In this document: positions 24,601 to 39,000 of the stretch, one piece after another
Layout of the letters: each line of letters begins with the position of its first letter
Position numbering within the stretch: position 1 is the stretch's first letter
Origin: Lingula anatina
Taxonomy: Eukaryota; Animalia; Brachiopoda
Assembly: GCA_051362555.1 (NCBI GenBank)
Contig: CM120642.1
Span: forward strand, 10,726,001 to 10,790,000
Reading direction: 5' to 3'
Length of the DNA: 64,000 bases
Program-made: the position numbers and the translations under genes
Notes under the pieces: model-generated
What the model was told of the DNA's origin: nothing
The model's input: the letters and a program-made list of their open reading frames with translations, nothing else
Database searches by the model: none

Positions 24601-27600
24601 TGAGTCAGTATAGCTAACCCGCCATGGTGCCAAGCACGTCATACTGCCCTTTCATCTCAGAGTGCTGTCTTCTCGGGAGGATTATCAGCAAAATAATTTA
24701 TTTTATTATTTTCTTTTTCGGAAATCACGTCACCGCTATTGCTTTACCCAATGTTACATTTTGTTGTGTTTTAAATGCAATCCCCACCTCTGGGGCCTTC
24801 ATTCTCCAGACCGTTCATATTGTCTTACAGTCAGTACCCGGGGCAACTCCACAATGGTCATTAGAAATGGCAAAGACTACTCAAATCCAAAACTACCAAA
24901 CTGTAAACCGCTTTAGCCCTCGTCGTGCTCGATAACTTCACAGGTGAAGTCAGACGGAATCTCACTGTAAACCAAAATGAAAATAACAGCATCAAAAAAT
25001 CATCTGGCTAGTTACGTGCCGAGCAGTCTTATCAAAAAAAGCGACCAAAGTTGATATTGTTTCGGTAGCTTTCCCGCTTTGGCACCACGTCATACCGCCT
25101 GTAAACCGCGTTCAGCAGAAATTTTGTCAAAATTCACAAGGTTGCAATTGTTTGAAAGGAAAACGCACCAGCTTTAACACATTTGGACGCTTTTTAATGA
25201 TTCCCTCTTTTCAGGGGCTTGCTTAAACTATAATCGCCCCCTGTGCTTTTTAACGTCAGAGGTGATACCAAACTGAATCTCAGCTCAAAACAAAGTGACA
25301 GTTTAAAAAAAATAAAAAAGGAATCTATCTTGAAACGCTCCTTGTCGGCTTCTCAACGAAGGTCTCGTGTACATCATCTTCTTCAACGTTCAATGATAAT
25401 ACGATGTTTGGGGAAAGGCGTTGTGCGGGATGAAATTCATGTTTTACGGCTCAAGGGCTATCGATTGTAATTTCGGGCATTTACATGTGCATCCAAACTG
25501 GCCCTCTTCATAACAAGGCATAAAGTTTGCATTTGAATTAGAGCCGTTTCAAGAAGCTCCCGCGGTTCCGTGGTAACTTCGCTGACTGGGACACAGAAGG
25601 TAAGACACCATGCCGGGTTCGAATTCTAGAACGTCCAACGTAACCTTTTGGTCGCCGGAGATCATTTCTAAAAATTTTCTTTGGTTACTATAAGAGGAAA
25701 CTCGTACCCACGGAGGGTGGGCGGGTCCCTCACGGCGCAATCGGTAGCGTGCAAGGCTGTTAAAAAAATCCAAACCAATCGTCCACCATGGTAACGAGTC
25801 ACGAGTAGTCACGAGTTCGAATCCCGGATGAGGCATGTCACCTTCCCCTCGTATACGAGCTGGTCACGTGATCGGGAAGGCGCGAAAACGAATGCAGGCG
25901 CTCGTCGGTCCCGGCAAATTACCTTTTGCATAAAAAGCCCGTATACTTTCGCATAAGTGATCGATTTGGCAACAACTTTTGCTGGTCGTTATCAAAATGT
26001 CTGCCTCGTCGATAACACTTCCTTACTCTTCATTTAAGGTTCTTAAAATGATGCTTAGGCGGGGATGGTCATTGATCTCTATCCTTAACCAGCTACACAA
26101 CAGATCAAACTTGAATTGAGTCAGTATAGCTAACCCGCCATGGTGCCAAGCACGTCATACTGCCCTTTCATCTCAGAGTGCTGTCTTCTCGGGAGGATTA
26201 TCAGCAAAATAATTTATTTTATTATTTTCTTTTTCGGAAATCACGTCACCGCTATTGCTTTACCCAATGTTACATTTTGTTGTGTTTTAAATGCAATCCC
26301 CACCTCTGGGGCCTTCATTCTCCAGACCGTTCATATTGTCTTACAGTCAGTACCCGGGGCAACTCCACAATGGTCATTAGAAATGGCAAAGACTACTCAA
26401 ATCCAAAACTACCAAACTGTAAACCGCTTTAGCCCTCGTCGTGCTCGATAACTTCACAGGTGAAGTCAGACGGAATCTCACTGTAAACCAAAATGAAAAT
26501 AACAGCATCAAAAAATCATCTGGCTAGTTACGTGCCGAGCAGTCTTATCAAAAAAAGCGACCAAAGTTGATATTGTTTCGGTAGCTTTCCCGCTTTGGCA
26601 CCACGTCATACCGCCTGTAAACCGCGTTCAGCAGAAATTTTGTCAAAATTCACAAGGTTGCAATTGTTTGAAAGGAAAACGCACCAGCTTTAACACATTT
26701 GGACGCTTTTTAATGATTCCCTCTTTTCAGGGGCTTGCTTAAACTATAATCGCCCCCTGTGCTTTTTAACGTCAGAGGTGATACCAAACTGAATCTCAGC
26801 TCAAAACAAAGTGACAGTTTAAAAAAAATAAAAAAGGAATCTATCTTGAAACGCTCCTTGTCGGCTTCTCAACGAAGGTCTCGTGTACATCATCTTCTTC
26901 AACGTTCAATGATAATACGATGTTTGGGGAAAGGCGTTGTGCGGGATGAAATTCATGTTTTACGGCTCAAGGGCTATCGATTGTAATTTCGGGCATTTAC
27001 ATGTGCATCCAAACTGGCCCTCTTCATAACAAGGCATAAAGTTTGCATTTGAATTAGAGCCGTTTCAAGAAGCTCCCGCGGTTCCGTGGTAACTTCGCTG
27101 ACTGGGACACAGAAGGTAAGACACCATGCCGGGTTCGAATTCTAGAACGTCCAACGTAACCTTTTGGTCGCCGGAGATCATTTCTAAAAATTTTCTTTGG
27201 TTACTATAAGAGGAAACTCGTACCCACGGAGGGTGGGCGGGTCCCTCACGGCGCAATCGGTAGCGTGCAAGGCTGTTAAAAAAACCCAAACCAATCATCC
27301 ACCATGGTAACGAGTCACGAGTAGTCACGAGTTCGAATCCCGGATGAGGCATGTCACCTTCCCCTCGTATACGAGCTGGTCACGTGATCGGGAAGGCGCG
27401 AAAACGAATGCAGGCGTTCGTCGGTCCTGGCAAATTACCTTTTGCATAAAAAGCCCGTATACTTTCGCATAAGTGATCGATTTGGCAACAACTTTTGCTG
27501 GTCGTTATCAAAATGTCTGCCTCGTCGATAACACTTCCTTACTCTTCATTTAAGGTTCTTAAAATGATGCTTAGGCGGGGATGGTCATTGATCTCTATCC

Positions 27601-30600
27601 TTAACCAGCTACACAACAGATCAAACTTGAATTGAGTCAGTATAGCTAACCCGCCATGGTGCCAAGCACGTCATACTGCCCTTTCATCTCAGAGTGCTGT
27701 CTTCTCGGGAGGATTATCAGCAAAATAATTTATTTTATTATTTTCTTTTTCGGAAATCACGTCACCGCTATTGCTTTACCCAATGTTACATTTTGTTGTG
27801 TTTTAAATGCAATCCCCACCTCTGGGGCCTTCATTCTCCAGACCGTTCATATTGTCTTACAGTCAGTACCCGGGGCAACTCCACAATGGTAATTAGAAAT
27901 GGCAAAGACTACTCAAATCCAAAACTACCAAACTGTAAACCGCTTTAGCCCTCGTCGTGCTCGATAACTTCACAGGTGAAGTCAGGCGGAATCTCACTGT
28001 AAACCAAAATGAAAATAACAGCATCAAAAAATCATCTGGCTAGTTACGTGCCGAGCAGTCTTATCAAAAAAAGCGACCAAAGTTGATATTGTTTCGGTAG
28101 CTTTCCCGCTTTGGCACCACGTCATACCGCCTGTAAACCGCGTTCAGCAGAAATTTTGTCAAAATTCACAAGGTTGCAATTGTTTGAAAGGAAAACGCAC
28201 CAGCTTTAACACATTTGGACGCTTTTTAATGATTCCCTCTTTTCAGGGGCTTGCTAAAACTATAATCGCCCCCTGTGCTTTTTAACGTCAGAGGTGATAC
28301 CAAACTGAATCTCAGCTCAAAACAAAGTGACAGTTAAAAAAAAAATAAAAAAAGGAATCTATCTTGGAACGCTCCTTGTCGGCTTCTCAACGAAGGTCTC
28401 GTGTACATCATCTTCTTCAACGTTCAATGATAATACGATGTTTGGGGAAAGGCGTTGTGCGGGATGAAATTCATGTTTTACGGCTCAAGGGCTATCGATT
28501 GTAATTTCGGGCATTTACATGTGCATCCAAACTGGCCCTCTTCATAACAAGGCATAAAGTTTGCATTTGAATTAGAGCCGTTTCAAGAAGCTCCCGCGGT
28601 TCCGTGGTAACTTCGCTGACTGGGACACAGAAGGTAAGACACCATGCCGGGTTCGAATTCTAGAACGTCCAACGTAACCTTTTGGTCGCCGGAGATCATT
28701 TCTAAAAATTTTCTTTGGTTACTATAAGAGGAAACTCGTACCCACGGAGGGTGGGCGGGTCCCTCACGGCGCAATCGGTAGCGTGCAAGGCTGTTAAAAA
28801 AACCCAAACCAATCATCCACCATGGTAACGAGTCACGAGTAGTCACGAGTTCGAATCCCGGATGAGGCATGTCACCTTCCCCTCGTATACGAGCTGGTCA
28901 CGTGATCGGGAAGGCGCGAAAACGAATGCAGGCGTTCGTCGGTCCTGGCAAATTACCTTTTGCATAAAAAGCCCGTATACTTTCGCATAAGTGATCGATT
29001 TGGCAACAACTTTTGCTGGTCGTTATCAAAATGTCTGCCTCGTCGATAACACTTCCTTACTCTTCATTTAAGGTTCTTAAAATGATGCTTAGGCGGGGAT
29101 GGTCATTGATCTCTATCCTTAACCAGCTACACAACAGATCAAACTTGAATTGAGTCAGTATAGCTAACCCGCCATGGTGCCAAGCACGTCATACTGCCCT
29201 TTCATCTCAGAGTGCTGTCTTCTCGTGAGGATTATCAGCAAAATAATTTATTTTATTATTTTCTTTTTCGGAAATCACATCACCGCTATTGCTTTACCCA
29301 ATGTTACATTTTGTTGTGTTTTAAATGTAATCCCCACCTCTGGGGCCTTCATTCTCCAGACCGTTCATATTGTCTTACAGTCAGTACCCGGGGCAACTCC
29401 ACAATGGTCATTAGAAATGGCAAAGACTACTCAAATCCAAAACTACCAAACTGTAAACCGCTTTAGCCCTCGTCGTGCTCGATAACTTCACAGGTGAAGT
29501 CAGACAGAATCTCACTGTAAACCAAAATGAAAATAACAGCATCAAAAAATCATCTGGCTAGTTACGTGCCGAGCAGTCTTATCAAAAAAGCGACCAAAGT
29601 TGATATTGTTTCGGTAGCTTTCCCGCTTTGGCACCACGTCATACCGCCTGTAAACCGCGTTCAGCAGAAATTCTGTCAAAATTCACAAGGTTGCAATTGT
29701 TTGAAAGGAAAACGCACCAGCTTTAACACATTTGGACGCTTTTTAATGATTCCCTCTTTTCAGGGGCTTGCTAAAACTAAAATCGCCCCCTGTGCTTTTT
29801 AACGTCAGAGGTGATACCAAACTGAATCTCAGCTCAAAACAAAGTGACAGTTAAAAAAAAAAATAAAAAAGGAATCTATCTTGGAACGCTCCTTGTCGGC
29901 TTCTCAACGAAGGTCTCGTGTACATCATCTTCTTCAACGTTCAATGATAATACGATGTTTGGGGAAAGGCGTTGTGCGGGATGAAATTCATGTTTTACGG
30001 CTCAAGGGCTATCGATTGTAATTTCGGACATTTACATGTGCACCCAAACTGGCCCTCTTCATAACAAGGCATAAAGTTTGCATTTGATCTAGAGCTGTTA
30101 CAAGAAGCTACCGCGGTTCCGTGGTAACTTCGCTGACTGGGACACAGAAGGTAAGACACCATGCCGGGTTCGAATTCTAGAACGTCCTACGTAACCTTTT
30201 GGTCGCCGGAGATCATTTCTAAAAATTTTCTTTGGTTACTATAAGAGGAAACTCGTACCCACTGAGGGTGGGCGGGTCCCTCACGGCGCAATCGGTAGCG
30301 TGCAAGGCTGTTAAAAAAACCCAAACCAATCATCCACCATGGTAACGAGTCACGAGTAGTCACGAGTTCGAATCCCGGATGAGGCATGTCACCTTCCCCT
30401 CGTATACGAGCTGGTCACGTGATCGGGAAGGCGCGAAAACGAATGCAGGCGTTTGTCGGTCCTGGTAAATTACCTTTTGCATAAAAAGCCCGTATACTTT
30501 CGTATAAGTGATCGATTTGGCAACAACTTTTGCTGGTCGTTATCAAAATGTCTGCCTCGTCGATAACACTTCCTTACTCTTCATTTAAGGTTCTTAAAAT

Positions 30601-32002
30601 GATGCTTAGGCGGGGATGGTCATTGATCTCTATCCTTAACCAGCTACACAACAGATCAAACTTGAATTGAGTCAGTATAGCTAACCCGCCATGGTGCCAA
30701 GCACGTCATACTGCCCTTTCATCTGAGAGTGCTGTCTTCTCGGGAGGATTATCAGCAAAATAATTTATTTTATTATTTTCTTTTTCGGAAATCACGTCAC
30801 CGCTATTGCTTTACCCAATGTTACATTTTGTTGTGTTTTAAATGCCATCCCCACCTCTGGGGCCTTCATTCTCCAGACCGTTCATATTGTCTTACAGTCA
30901 GTACCCGGGGCAACTCCACAATGGTCATTAGAAATGGCAAAGACTACTCAAATCCAAAACTACCAAACTGTAAACCGCTTTAGCCCTCGTCGTGCTCGAT
31001 AACTTCACAGGTGAAGTCAGACGGAATCTCACTGTAAACCAAAATGAAAATAACAGCATCAAAAAATCATCTGGCTAGTTACGTGCCGAGCAGTCTTATC
31101 AAAAACAGCGACCAAAGTTGATATTGTTTCGGTAGCTTTCCCGCTTTGGCACCACGTCATACCGCCTGTAAACCGCGTTCAGCAGAAATTTTGTCAAAAT
31201 TCACAAGGTTGCAATTGCTTGAAAGGAAAACGCACCAGCTTTAACACATTTGGACGCTTTTTAATGATTCCCTCTTTTCAGGGGCTTGCTAAAACTAAAA
31301 TCGCCCCCTGTGCTTTTTAACGTCAGAGGTGATACCAAACTGAATCTCAGCTCAAAACAAAGTGACAGTTTAAAAAAAATAAAAAGGAATCTATCTTGGA
31401 ACGCTCCTTGTCGGCTTCTCAACGAAGGTCTCGTGTACATCATCTTCTTCAACGTTCAATGATAATACGATGTTTGGGGAAAGGCGTTGTGCGGGATGAA
31501 ATTCATGTTTTACGGCTCAAGGGCTATCGATTGTAATTTCGGACATTTACATGTGCATCCTAACTGGCCCTCTTCATAACAAGGCATAAAGTTTGCATTT
31601 GATCTAGAGCTGTTACAAGAAGCTCCCGCGGTTCCGTGGTAACTTCGCTGACTGGGACACAGAAGGTAAGACACCATGCCGGGTTCGAATTCTAAAACGT
31701 CCAACGGAACTTTTTGGTCGCCGGAGATCATTTCTAAAAATTTTCTTTGGTTACTATAAGAGGAAACTCGTACCCACGGAGGGTGGGCGGGTCCCTCACG
31801 GCGCAATCGGTAGCGTGCAAGGCTGTTAAAAAAATCCAAACCAATCATCCACCATGGTAACGAGTCACGAGTAGTCACGAGTTCGAATCCCGGATGAGGC
31901 ATGTCACCTTCCCCTCGTATACGAGCTGGTCACGTGATCGGGAAGGCGCGAAAACGAATGCAGGCGCTCGTCGGTCCCGGCAAATTACCTTTTGCATAAA
32001 AA
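21684..32002. repeat. Tandem array of ~1516-bp units (6 full + ~0.8)
   Basis: Unit start TTCGGAAATCACGTCACC recurs near 21684, 23200, 24717, 26233, 27749, 29267 and 30784; units nearly identical with scattered SNPs; identical short ORFs recur in the ORF track with the same period. Confidence 0.97.
22693..22803 (+). pseudogene. tRNA-Asn(GTT)-like sequence (pseudo-tRNA or SINE head), one per array unit (also near 24210, 25726, 27242, 28760, 30277, 31792)
   Basis: GGCGCAATCGGTAGCGTGCAAGGCTGTTAA closely resembles the eukaryotic tRNA-Asn 5' half (GGCGCAATCGGTTAGCGCGTTCGGCTGTTAA); B-box GAGTTCGAATCC downstream; acceptor TCCCTCA/TGAGGCA pairs 6/7; the T-stem is mismatched and extra sequence follows the anticodon. 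Confidence 0.55.
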
Positions 32003-33064
32003 TGTGACATGACATTTATTGGAGAGAGGGGGCGTTTTAATTGACCCCGCTCCCTTGCTCTATCTCTGTCCCCCCTCCCCTTGAAATAATTTTTCTTGTA
32101 TTCAATAGTTTAGCAAGGTGGGAATTCAGTAAAAAATAAAAATAAATAAATAACACGTCATAAGAACGGTATCCACACGATTTGTAGAAATAACTTTTTT
32201 AGGCTAAAACAGATGACAGTTTGATAATAATTTTTTTCTCATTTTATTCCTTCATATTATATAAATATAATCAGTGAATTCCTAAACAGTATATAGAATT
32301 CAACAGGATCAAAGTTGGAACTTTGGCATTTATCATTTACATAACAAGAATTTCTTACATGAGGAATGAAGTGGTTGTTTGAAGCATTGGCTACATAAAT
32401 CAACTCAATAATCCACACTTTCATGAATGACCTTGTTGATAGTTTTAAATTATGATTATCTGTAAAATATTTTTGTCTAACATTGGTTTTCATACGATTT
32501 CGAGATCCATTAATTTCTTACAATGGTAAAAATTGCACAAACTATTGTAAAAAGGTGAAACCTTAATTGTTATGTTCTTTGTGCGTTCTTTTATTTTTTC
32601 ATTTTCCTCTTTTTATAACCTTAAAACTGGGTATGAACTGTGCTGGGGACTGGGGATTAGTCATATAAAATCTGTTTTTTAAATAAATGAAAAAATACTT
32701 AACAATAACTCTCCTGAGAACCACTCAAAAAGTTGGTCCTTCCCCAAAAATCTGCCCAAAATGAAAGAAAAATCCAATTTGCACCCTGCGGTTGTGTTAA
32801 TGTAAAATTCTGCTTCAAGGGTTGCTCAAAATCAAATTAAAAGTAAGTCCTTGATGCTTTAGGATACAGCAAAGCATTATATCCAAGACAGCTTAGGCAT
32901 ACTAGTGCCAGTAGTCCTTGTATAAAAATAGACAACAATTGTGAATGTTTAAATGAAGATTGCCTTGCTTCTTACAGCGTCACATCATTATTCCACATCA
33001 GTATGCCTAGGCTTCCAGAACAGCTCACATAACCCTGCCAGTTTGTATTCAAATAAATCCTCAT

Positions 33065-36000
33065 TCATGATGTGCGTTTGCTTTCCCTGTCCCCTATAAT
33101 GCCAGTACTTTCATCCTCCTCCTCATCTTCATCATCATCATGCTGTGAGCCTTCAAGTTGTACATAATTGTAATTTTCTACTTTTCTAATATCTCTCTTG
33201 AGCATACAAAGAGTCAGGAGGAAGAGGAATGCGCCTGCCACATACAAACCAGGGAACAATATATAAAGTGCATCTGCAAAACAAAACACATAGACATCTA
33301 GAAAAAGGCAAAAATATATCAAGAATAAAGATTGCATTACATTTGATAAAGACTGAAAAGTATATAAGTATTTCCAAATAAATGGCTAATTCATTCTTGT
33401 TGACTAAACAACTAGTTTTATATGGTAGATAAAATTATGGATACATGACAGAGTTAGCTTGAAATTTAATTTGCTCATAACTATCATTTCATTATCTTAA
33501 GGCAAAAACAAACCAATTTAGCATTAGACGTTATTACGAAAATAAGCCATAACAAAGGAATGGCAATCAAAAACTAAGCCATAATTACCCACTCAGATTT
33601 ATGTACGAGGCAAACTGCACGTTTTACTTACATCTCAAACTCTCTGCCTTGTCATCAGTCATGACCTCAAAAGCTGTCTGCAGTGGAGGGACCAGGAGAG
33701 GAATATTGCCTCCGATGTTGGTGATAATAAACAGGTATACCGCCACAGCCGAGGTACGGACTTTAGAGGGGACCAGCTCCACTACTACTGCCAGTGTGAC
33801 TCCTACCCACATCTCTCCTGCAATAAAATATGTAATACACTGAAACTGATTTTAAGTGGCAAACAGTCCATTTTTAATGATGGTTATCCTTTTGTACTTT
33901 TTTTATTGTGAAGTCATACAGCAACAAAATACATATGCTGTTCTGGTGATAGAAGCATACTTAAAATCTTTCAAGAGAAGTTGCATTGAAATTGTACAGC
34001 TTTCTTAATGTCACATGAAATTTTCTTCACAACTTTTTTTATTACGAAGCAAGCAAAATAAAAAGTAAGATGAAAAGAAACCACAATAAAAATCAACTTA
34101 ATCGAATGTTCATTTAAATAGATAACAACAAATATACACAAACATATTAATTTTATGATTACCTATGATGTTTGAAGGAATCAGACTGATGTAGGCCCAA
34201 GGAGCAGGAAGAAACAGAGCACCTGCCGCAAATGGAGCAGCAAGAACCTGAAACATGAAAGATTTATTTTCTTATTATCATACATTTAATTTTTGAAATC
34301 CAAATACATATTAAATTCCAGGCACATTTCCATTACAACTATCACAGATTGATCCAACTTCATGGTCACAGTCAAAATGAAATGAAAAAGCTCACAGTAC
34401 CCGCGAGAGTTGGATTGACTTACATAATAATAAATATCTACCTGACTTGCAACCAGAACTAACACTCTGGCAGTGGGTCCTCTTCTCTTTACAATCACAT
34501 CTGATATAAAACCACCTAATACTACTCCAATGCTTCCCCCAACAAGCGGGATCACTGACATATAGGTGCCTATCTCATCTGTGGGGCGACCTATGGCCTC
34601 AAAATAGGGGTGTGTATTGTATGCCCAGACATAGCCACCTGGAATGATGCAATGTGAATGTAAGTTAAAGTCTATCTTTAGACAAAAAATTATGCTATAA
34701 CCAGACGTATTCAAAGAAATCTATCGAACAGTTAGGCAGATGGGGTTCCCTTAGTAGGGGGTAAAAGAAAGAAACTGACATATGGGCAGACAGACAGAAA
34801 GAAAGAAAGAACACAGTAAACCAGGAATACATAATTGAAGCTCATTTTCAAACGTTGACAGATGCAATTATTTTATCCTCAAAATATTCATTCAGCAAAG
34901 ACAGAATTTTTTCAAATGTACTCAATCAAATACCTTACTAATTACTCTATCAGAAAAAAAAAATGAACTCAGACACATGCCTGCATTTCTAATGGACCCA
35001 GCCAAGCAAAGCAAGATCATGGAAGGGGACAGAAATGGCCGAATGGTTGTGTGTAGTTTTTCTCTGAGCGAAATCCCATCTTCATTCTTCTTCATCTCTC
35101 CTTGGTTTAGTCTTCTCTCTGGTTCTTTTACAGTAAGAAATATGACAATCCCAAACACCAGCCCAGGAATTCCACTTATGATAAATACCCAGCGCCAACC
35201 CTGAAACAATCACAACAATTTTAGAGTCATGTCACCATTGACACCACAGAGGCACCAGTTGTACATGCCACACTGAAATCCCACAGTTATCCTAATCTGA
35301 ATGCAGGATCAGTAATCAATAATCAATAACATTACTAACTGGCAATATTTTTACCATACTTTGTATTGATATAGCAATGAAACCTAAAATATTTCATACC
35401 CGAGAAAATATTTCTGGTAGCACAAGCAAAGCAAAATATATATATTTTAAAAAGTGAATATATATAAAGGCAATTTATAAATAGTATTACATCCTCTGTG
35501 CACAGATACATTTGATTAATCATTTTCTGATTGCTATCACCATACCTGTCCCAGGATATTGGCCCTGGTGATAAAGTCTCCAAGAGCATAAGACAGGCTG
35601 TATCCTGTATAGATGCCCCAGTTGTACACCCCCAGTGCAGAGCCCCGCAGAGCTTCATCAAAGTAATCAGCAATGAGTGAGGCTGCAAATGGGGTACACC
35701 CAGCTTCTCTGTAAAAGAAAGTGAAAGACCTTGAGAGGAGAGTTCACTCAGGACAAACTGCCAAAACATAGAGTAGCAACAATGACTTTTATAGAACAGG
35801 TAAGAACACTGTCACTTTGCTATGATTATATAAATATTATAATAGAGGATTCTTTATTGATACACCTTTACAAATAAGGTACAATCAAAGACAAAGACAA
35901 TTACATCTAACTACAACAGTACAAACAGGTATATAAATAAATATACATGATTTCAATGTTTACATGTAGCATAATATCAATAAGTTACTTTATAATAAGT

Positions 36001-39000
36001 TATATAAGGAATGTATGATGGCAATCTATACATGAAGGTGATGAATTAGAATGAGTACATTGGAGAGAGTACAATGCATTAATAGAGGGCCTGTTCTCTT
36101 TGTTTTAAGCATCTATTTACAAAACACATAACCATTCTAAGAATGTCTATGTCTTGGGCACCCATAAGAAGATTAAACAGTTTATTATTGCTGATGTCGC
36201 CCAGGGGTAGGAAATCTGACAGCTGCCCTCTGAAGGAATCACGTAGTGAGTCATACGCTTTACACTCTAGCAGGAGGTGGAACTCATCTTCTACTTTATT
36301 GGAATCACAAAGTTTGCACAATCTTAACTCTGCGGGGATTTTTGGCTTGCAGTACCTGCCCCGTTCAATAGAGAGGTTGTGGGCGCTCACACGTAATTTG
36401 CAGAAGTTAGCCGTAATATTTTTTGGGGCCATGTGGGTGTAATTTTCACACACAAATTCCTTCTTAAATTTAACATAGGTTCTTAGTTTATTATCACTGC
36501 CCGTTTTGCTCATCAATGTGGCCCACTGGTCCTGATATACAGAGTGCAGAGACTTTTTGGTCAAGGTCTGAGCTATCTTACCAGATACTGAGACTGGATT
36601 AGACCATAAATTCCCCAGGTTGTTCATGTTAAGTACAGTTTTTATACCAGAGGACCATGTAAACACACCAGATGAGGATAGGGATCTGTTCTCAATCAGA
36701 GCATCGGTGACTAAGGTAGACTGACCATTGTATATGGTTTTGTACAGGTGGCACCAATATTTGGTGGACAGTGACAGTAATTGGATGAGAATGGGGAAGC
36801 TGCCTAGCTCACCACGTGCGGCATGATTAGTAGAGTTTTTGTTAATCCCTAGTATGGTTTTACAGGTTTTTAGGTGGACGAGTTCAGCAGGGGGCTTTTC
36901 GCATATATTTAAAAACTTTTCAATGGTCAAATTACGTAGTAGGTAAGGGGCCCAAATTTCGCACCCATAGCTGAGGATTGGAAGTAGGAGTGATTTGAAT
37001 AACTTTAAGGCAATTTTTGTGGGCGCTGAAAATAGCTGATTTCTTAATTTGAAAAATACTTTGAGTGCTTTATTTTTTACATCCTCCATGGCCTTGGTAA
37101 ATTTGCCGGATGGAGTGAAGGTCAGGCCGAGGTAACAATATTCGGAGGTGTTTTCTACTGGATTTGTGCCTAACATAAATTGGTTGGTTTTTAGGAGATG
37201 GCCAGCCTTATTAAATATCATGATTTTGGTTTTTGCTATATTGATGATAAGTTTCCATTTGGTGCAGTAATTGTGGAGTAGGTTTAGAGAGTGTTGAAGT
37301 CCTTGGGCACTTTGTGAGATGAGTACCAGGTCATCAGCATACATGAGGCAGCTTACAGGTTTGTTATTTAAATAGGCAGGGTCGTTTTCTTTATTAACAT
37401 CGAAAATATTAGGTAGGTCGCTTAGGAAGAGATTGAAAAGGGAGGGACTTAAAACACAGCCTTGTTTCACGCCTACCGTGGAATTTATGGGTTTGGTTAG
37501 TTTGTTGTTGCAGATAATAGAGAATTGAGTAGAGCTGTACATGCTATGGATTATATTTATAAATTTAGAACTAAAATTGGAAAGGATGAGTTTGTGGAGT
37601 AGGGCATTTCTCCAGACCATGTCAAATGCTGAAGAGAAGTCAACAAAACAAACATAAAATTTGGATTTGGAGGCCTTGTTTATGTATTTGTCTATGAGGG
37701 TCTTTAAAGTTAGTAGATGGTCACTGGTACGGGCGCCTTTTGTAAAGCCAATTTGGTTTTCAGGTATAATACGGTTCTTATAAATAAATTTGTTGATCCT
37801 ACTGTTAAGAATTTGACAAAAAAGTTTACAAACATTACTTGAGATAGCAATGCCTCTATAGTTTTTGGGGTAATATATACAAACAAACTGAAATATATAT
37901 AAATCATAAATTTTCTAGATTCCAAATCATTTCTTCAAGTGAACAACAAGGTAAAGCTGCTTTAATAATAACAAGTATATTTTTGGAGGAGTGATCACAT
38001 ACCTCAAAGTAATGCCATGAAATATTGCTACTACTGTAAAGGCTGATTGTACAAGTGAGTTTCAAACCATGCTTGCCATAAACCATTTACATCATACAAC
38101 CCATCTCAATGGGAAGTCTGATAATGCTAGTCAATAGCAGCAGATGTACTTTGTTTCTTTCAGAGTTATTGAAAGAGTTGCTACTGGACTTGCAGTAGCA
38201 GTCATCAAATGAATGTCATCTTAACTTATCAGTAAACATACACCAATTCCTTTATTTGTTTAGAGACCAGGTTGTATTAACATAACAGGTCCCAAAAGAG
38301 GTGACATACACCTGGAGGAAAAACATTCACATCTCCCTCCTGCAGGTGGCACCACTTACCCAAATCCTAGTCCAAACCTCAGCAACACCAACTGCCAGTA
38401 CTCCTTCACAAATCCTGTCAACAGAGTCATGAGGGACCAAAACATGAGGCAGAATGCCAAGAGATTCTTCCTGTTGTACTGGTCTGCAGCAAAACCCAGG
38501 AATATCCCTGTAAAGGTGTAGATGAGGATGAAGACTGGGCCGGCCACAATCTGGTATTCAAAACCTTGCCCATTGTAATCCCATTTGCACAGCTCATCTT
38601 CATAGTAGTCTGTAGCAAGAAGGCACCTGCAAGTGTTTATCATATTAGTGATTTATCATATTTATTATATAAGTGGTTTATGCAATTGTGGAATCTGTAT
38701 TTCAATCACTGAGGTAATCTATTGCAGAAAAAAACACTAACAGAAGAGGTGGTAAGTACTGGTTGTGCAGATGGATATTATAATAAAAAGATATTGATTT
38801 CCTCTTAACAGCATCTAATATCAATATCTGTCCTTTGTCAATATGTTCCTATATAACTGAATTTAACAATTTTTTTAGAAATTGATTTGAAAAATAATAC
38901 ATTGATGTCACACAAGAACAATTTTGTAACAGTGATAAATACATCATTATACATTATACATCATATTGTACTTAATCAGTTCAATGATCACCTTATCTTG

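Noticed and set aside
21945-31902. Recurrent 60-130 aa ORFs in the tandem array (MPHPGFEL..., MVPSTSYC..., MLSSREDY...)
   Set aside because: No recognisable domains, overlapping frames, and broken by stops or frameshifts in some units; recurrence just reflects DNA repetition
21684-32002. Array as CRISPR, rDNA/5S, histone or U-snRNA cluster
   Set aside because: No unique spacers and the context is eukaryotic; no match to recalled 5S, U1, U2, U4, U5, U6 or 7SL sequences, and no histone ORFs
35335-35769. 144-aa minus-strand ORF
   Set aside because: Wrong frame over MFS exon 4; the correct frame reads EAGCTPFAASLIADYF
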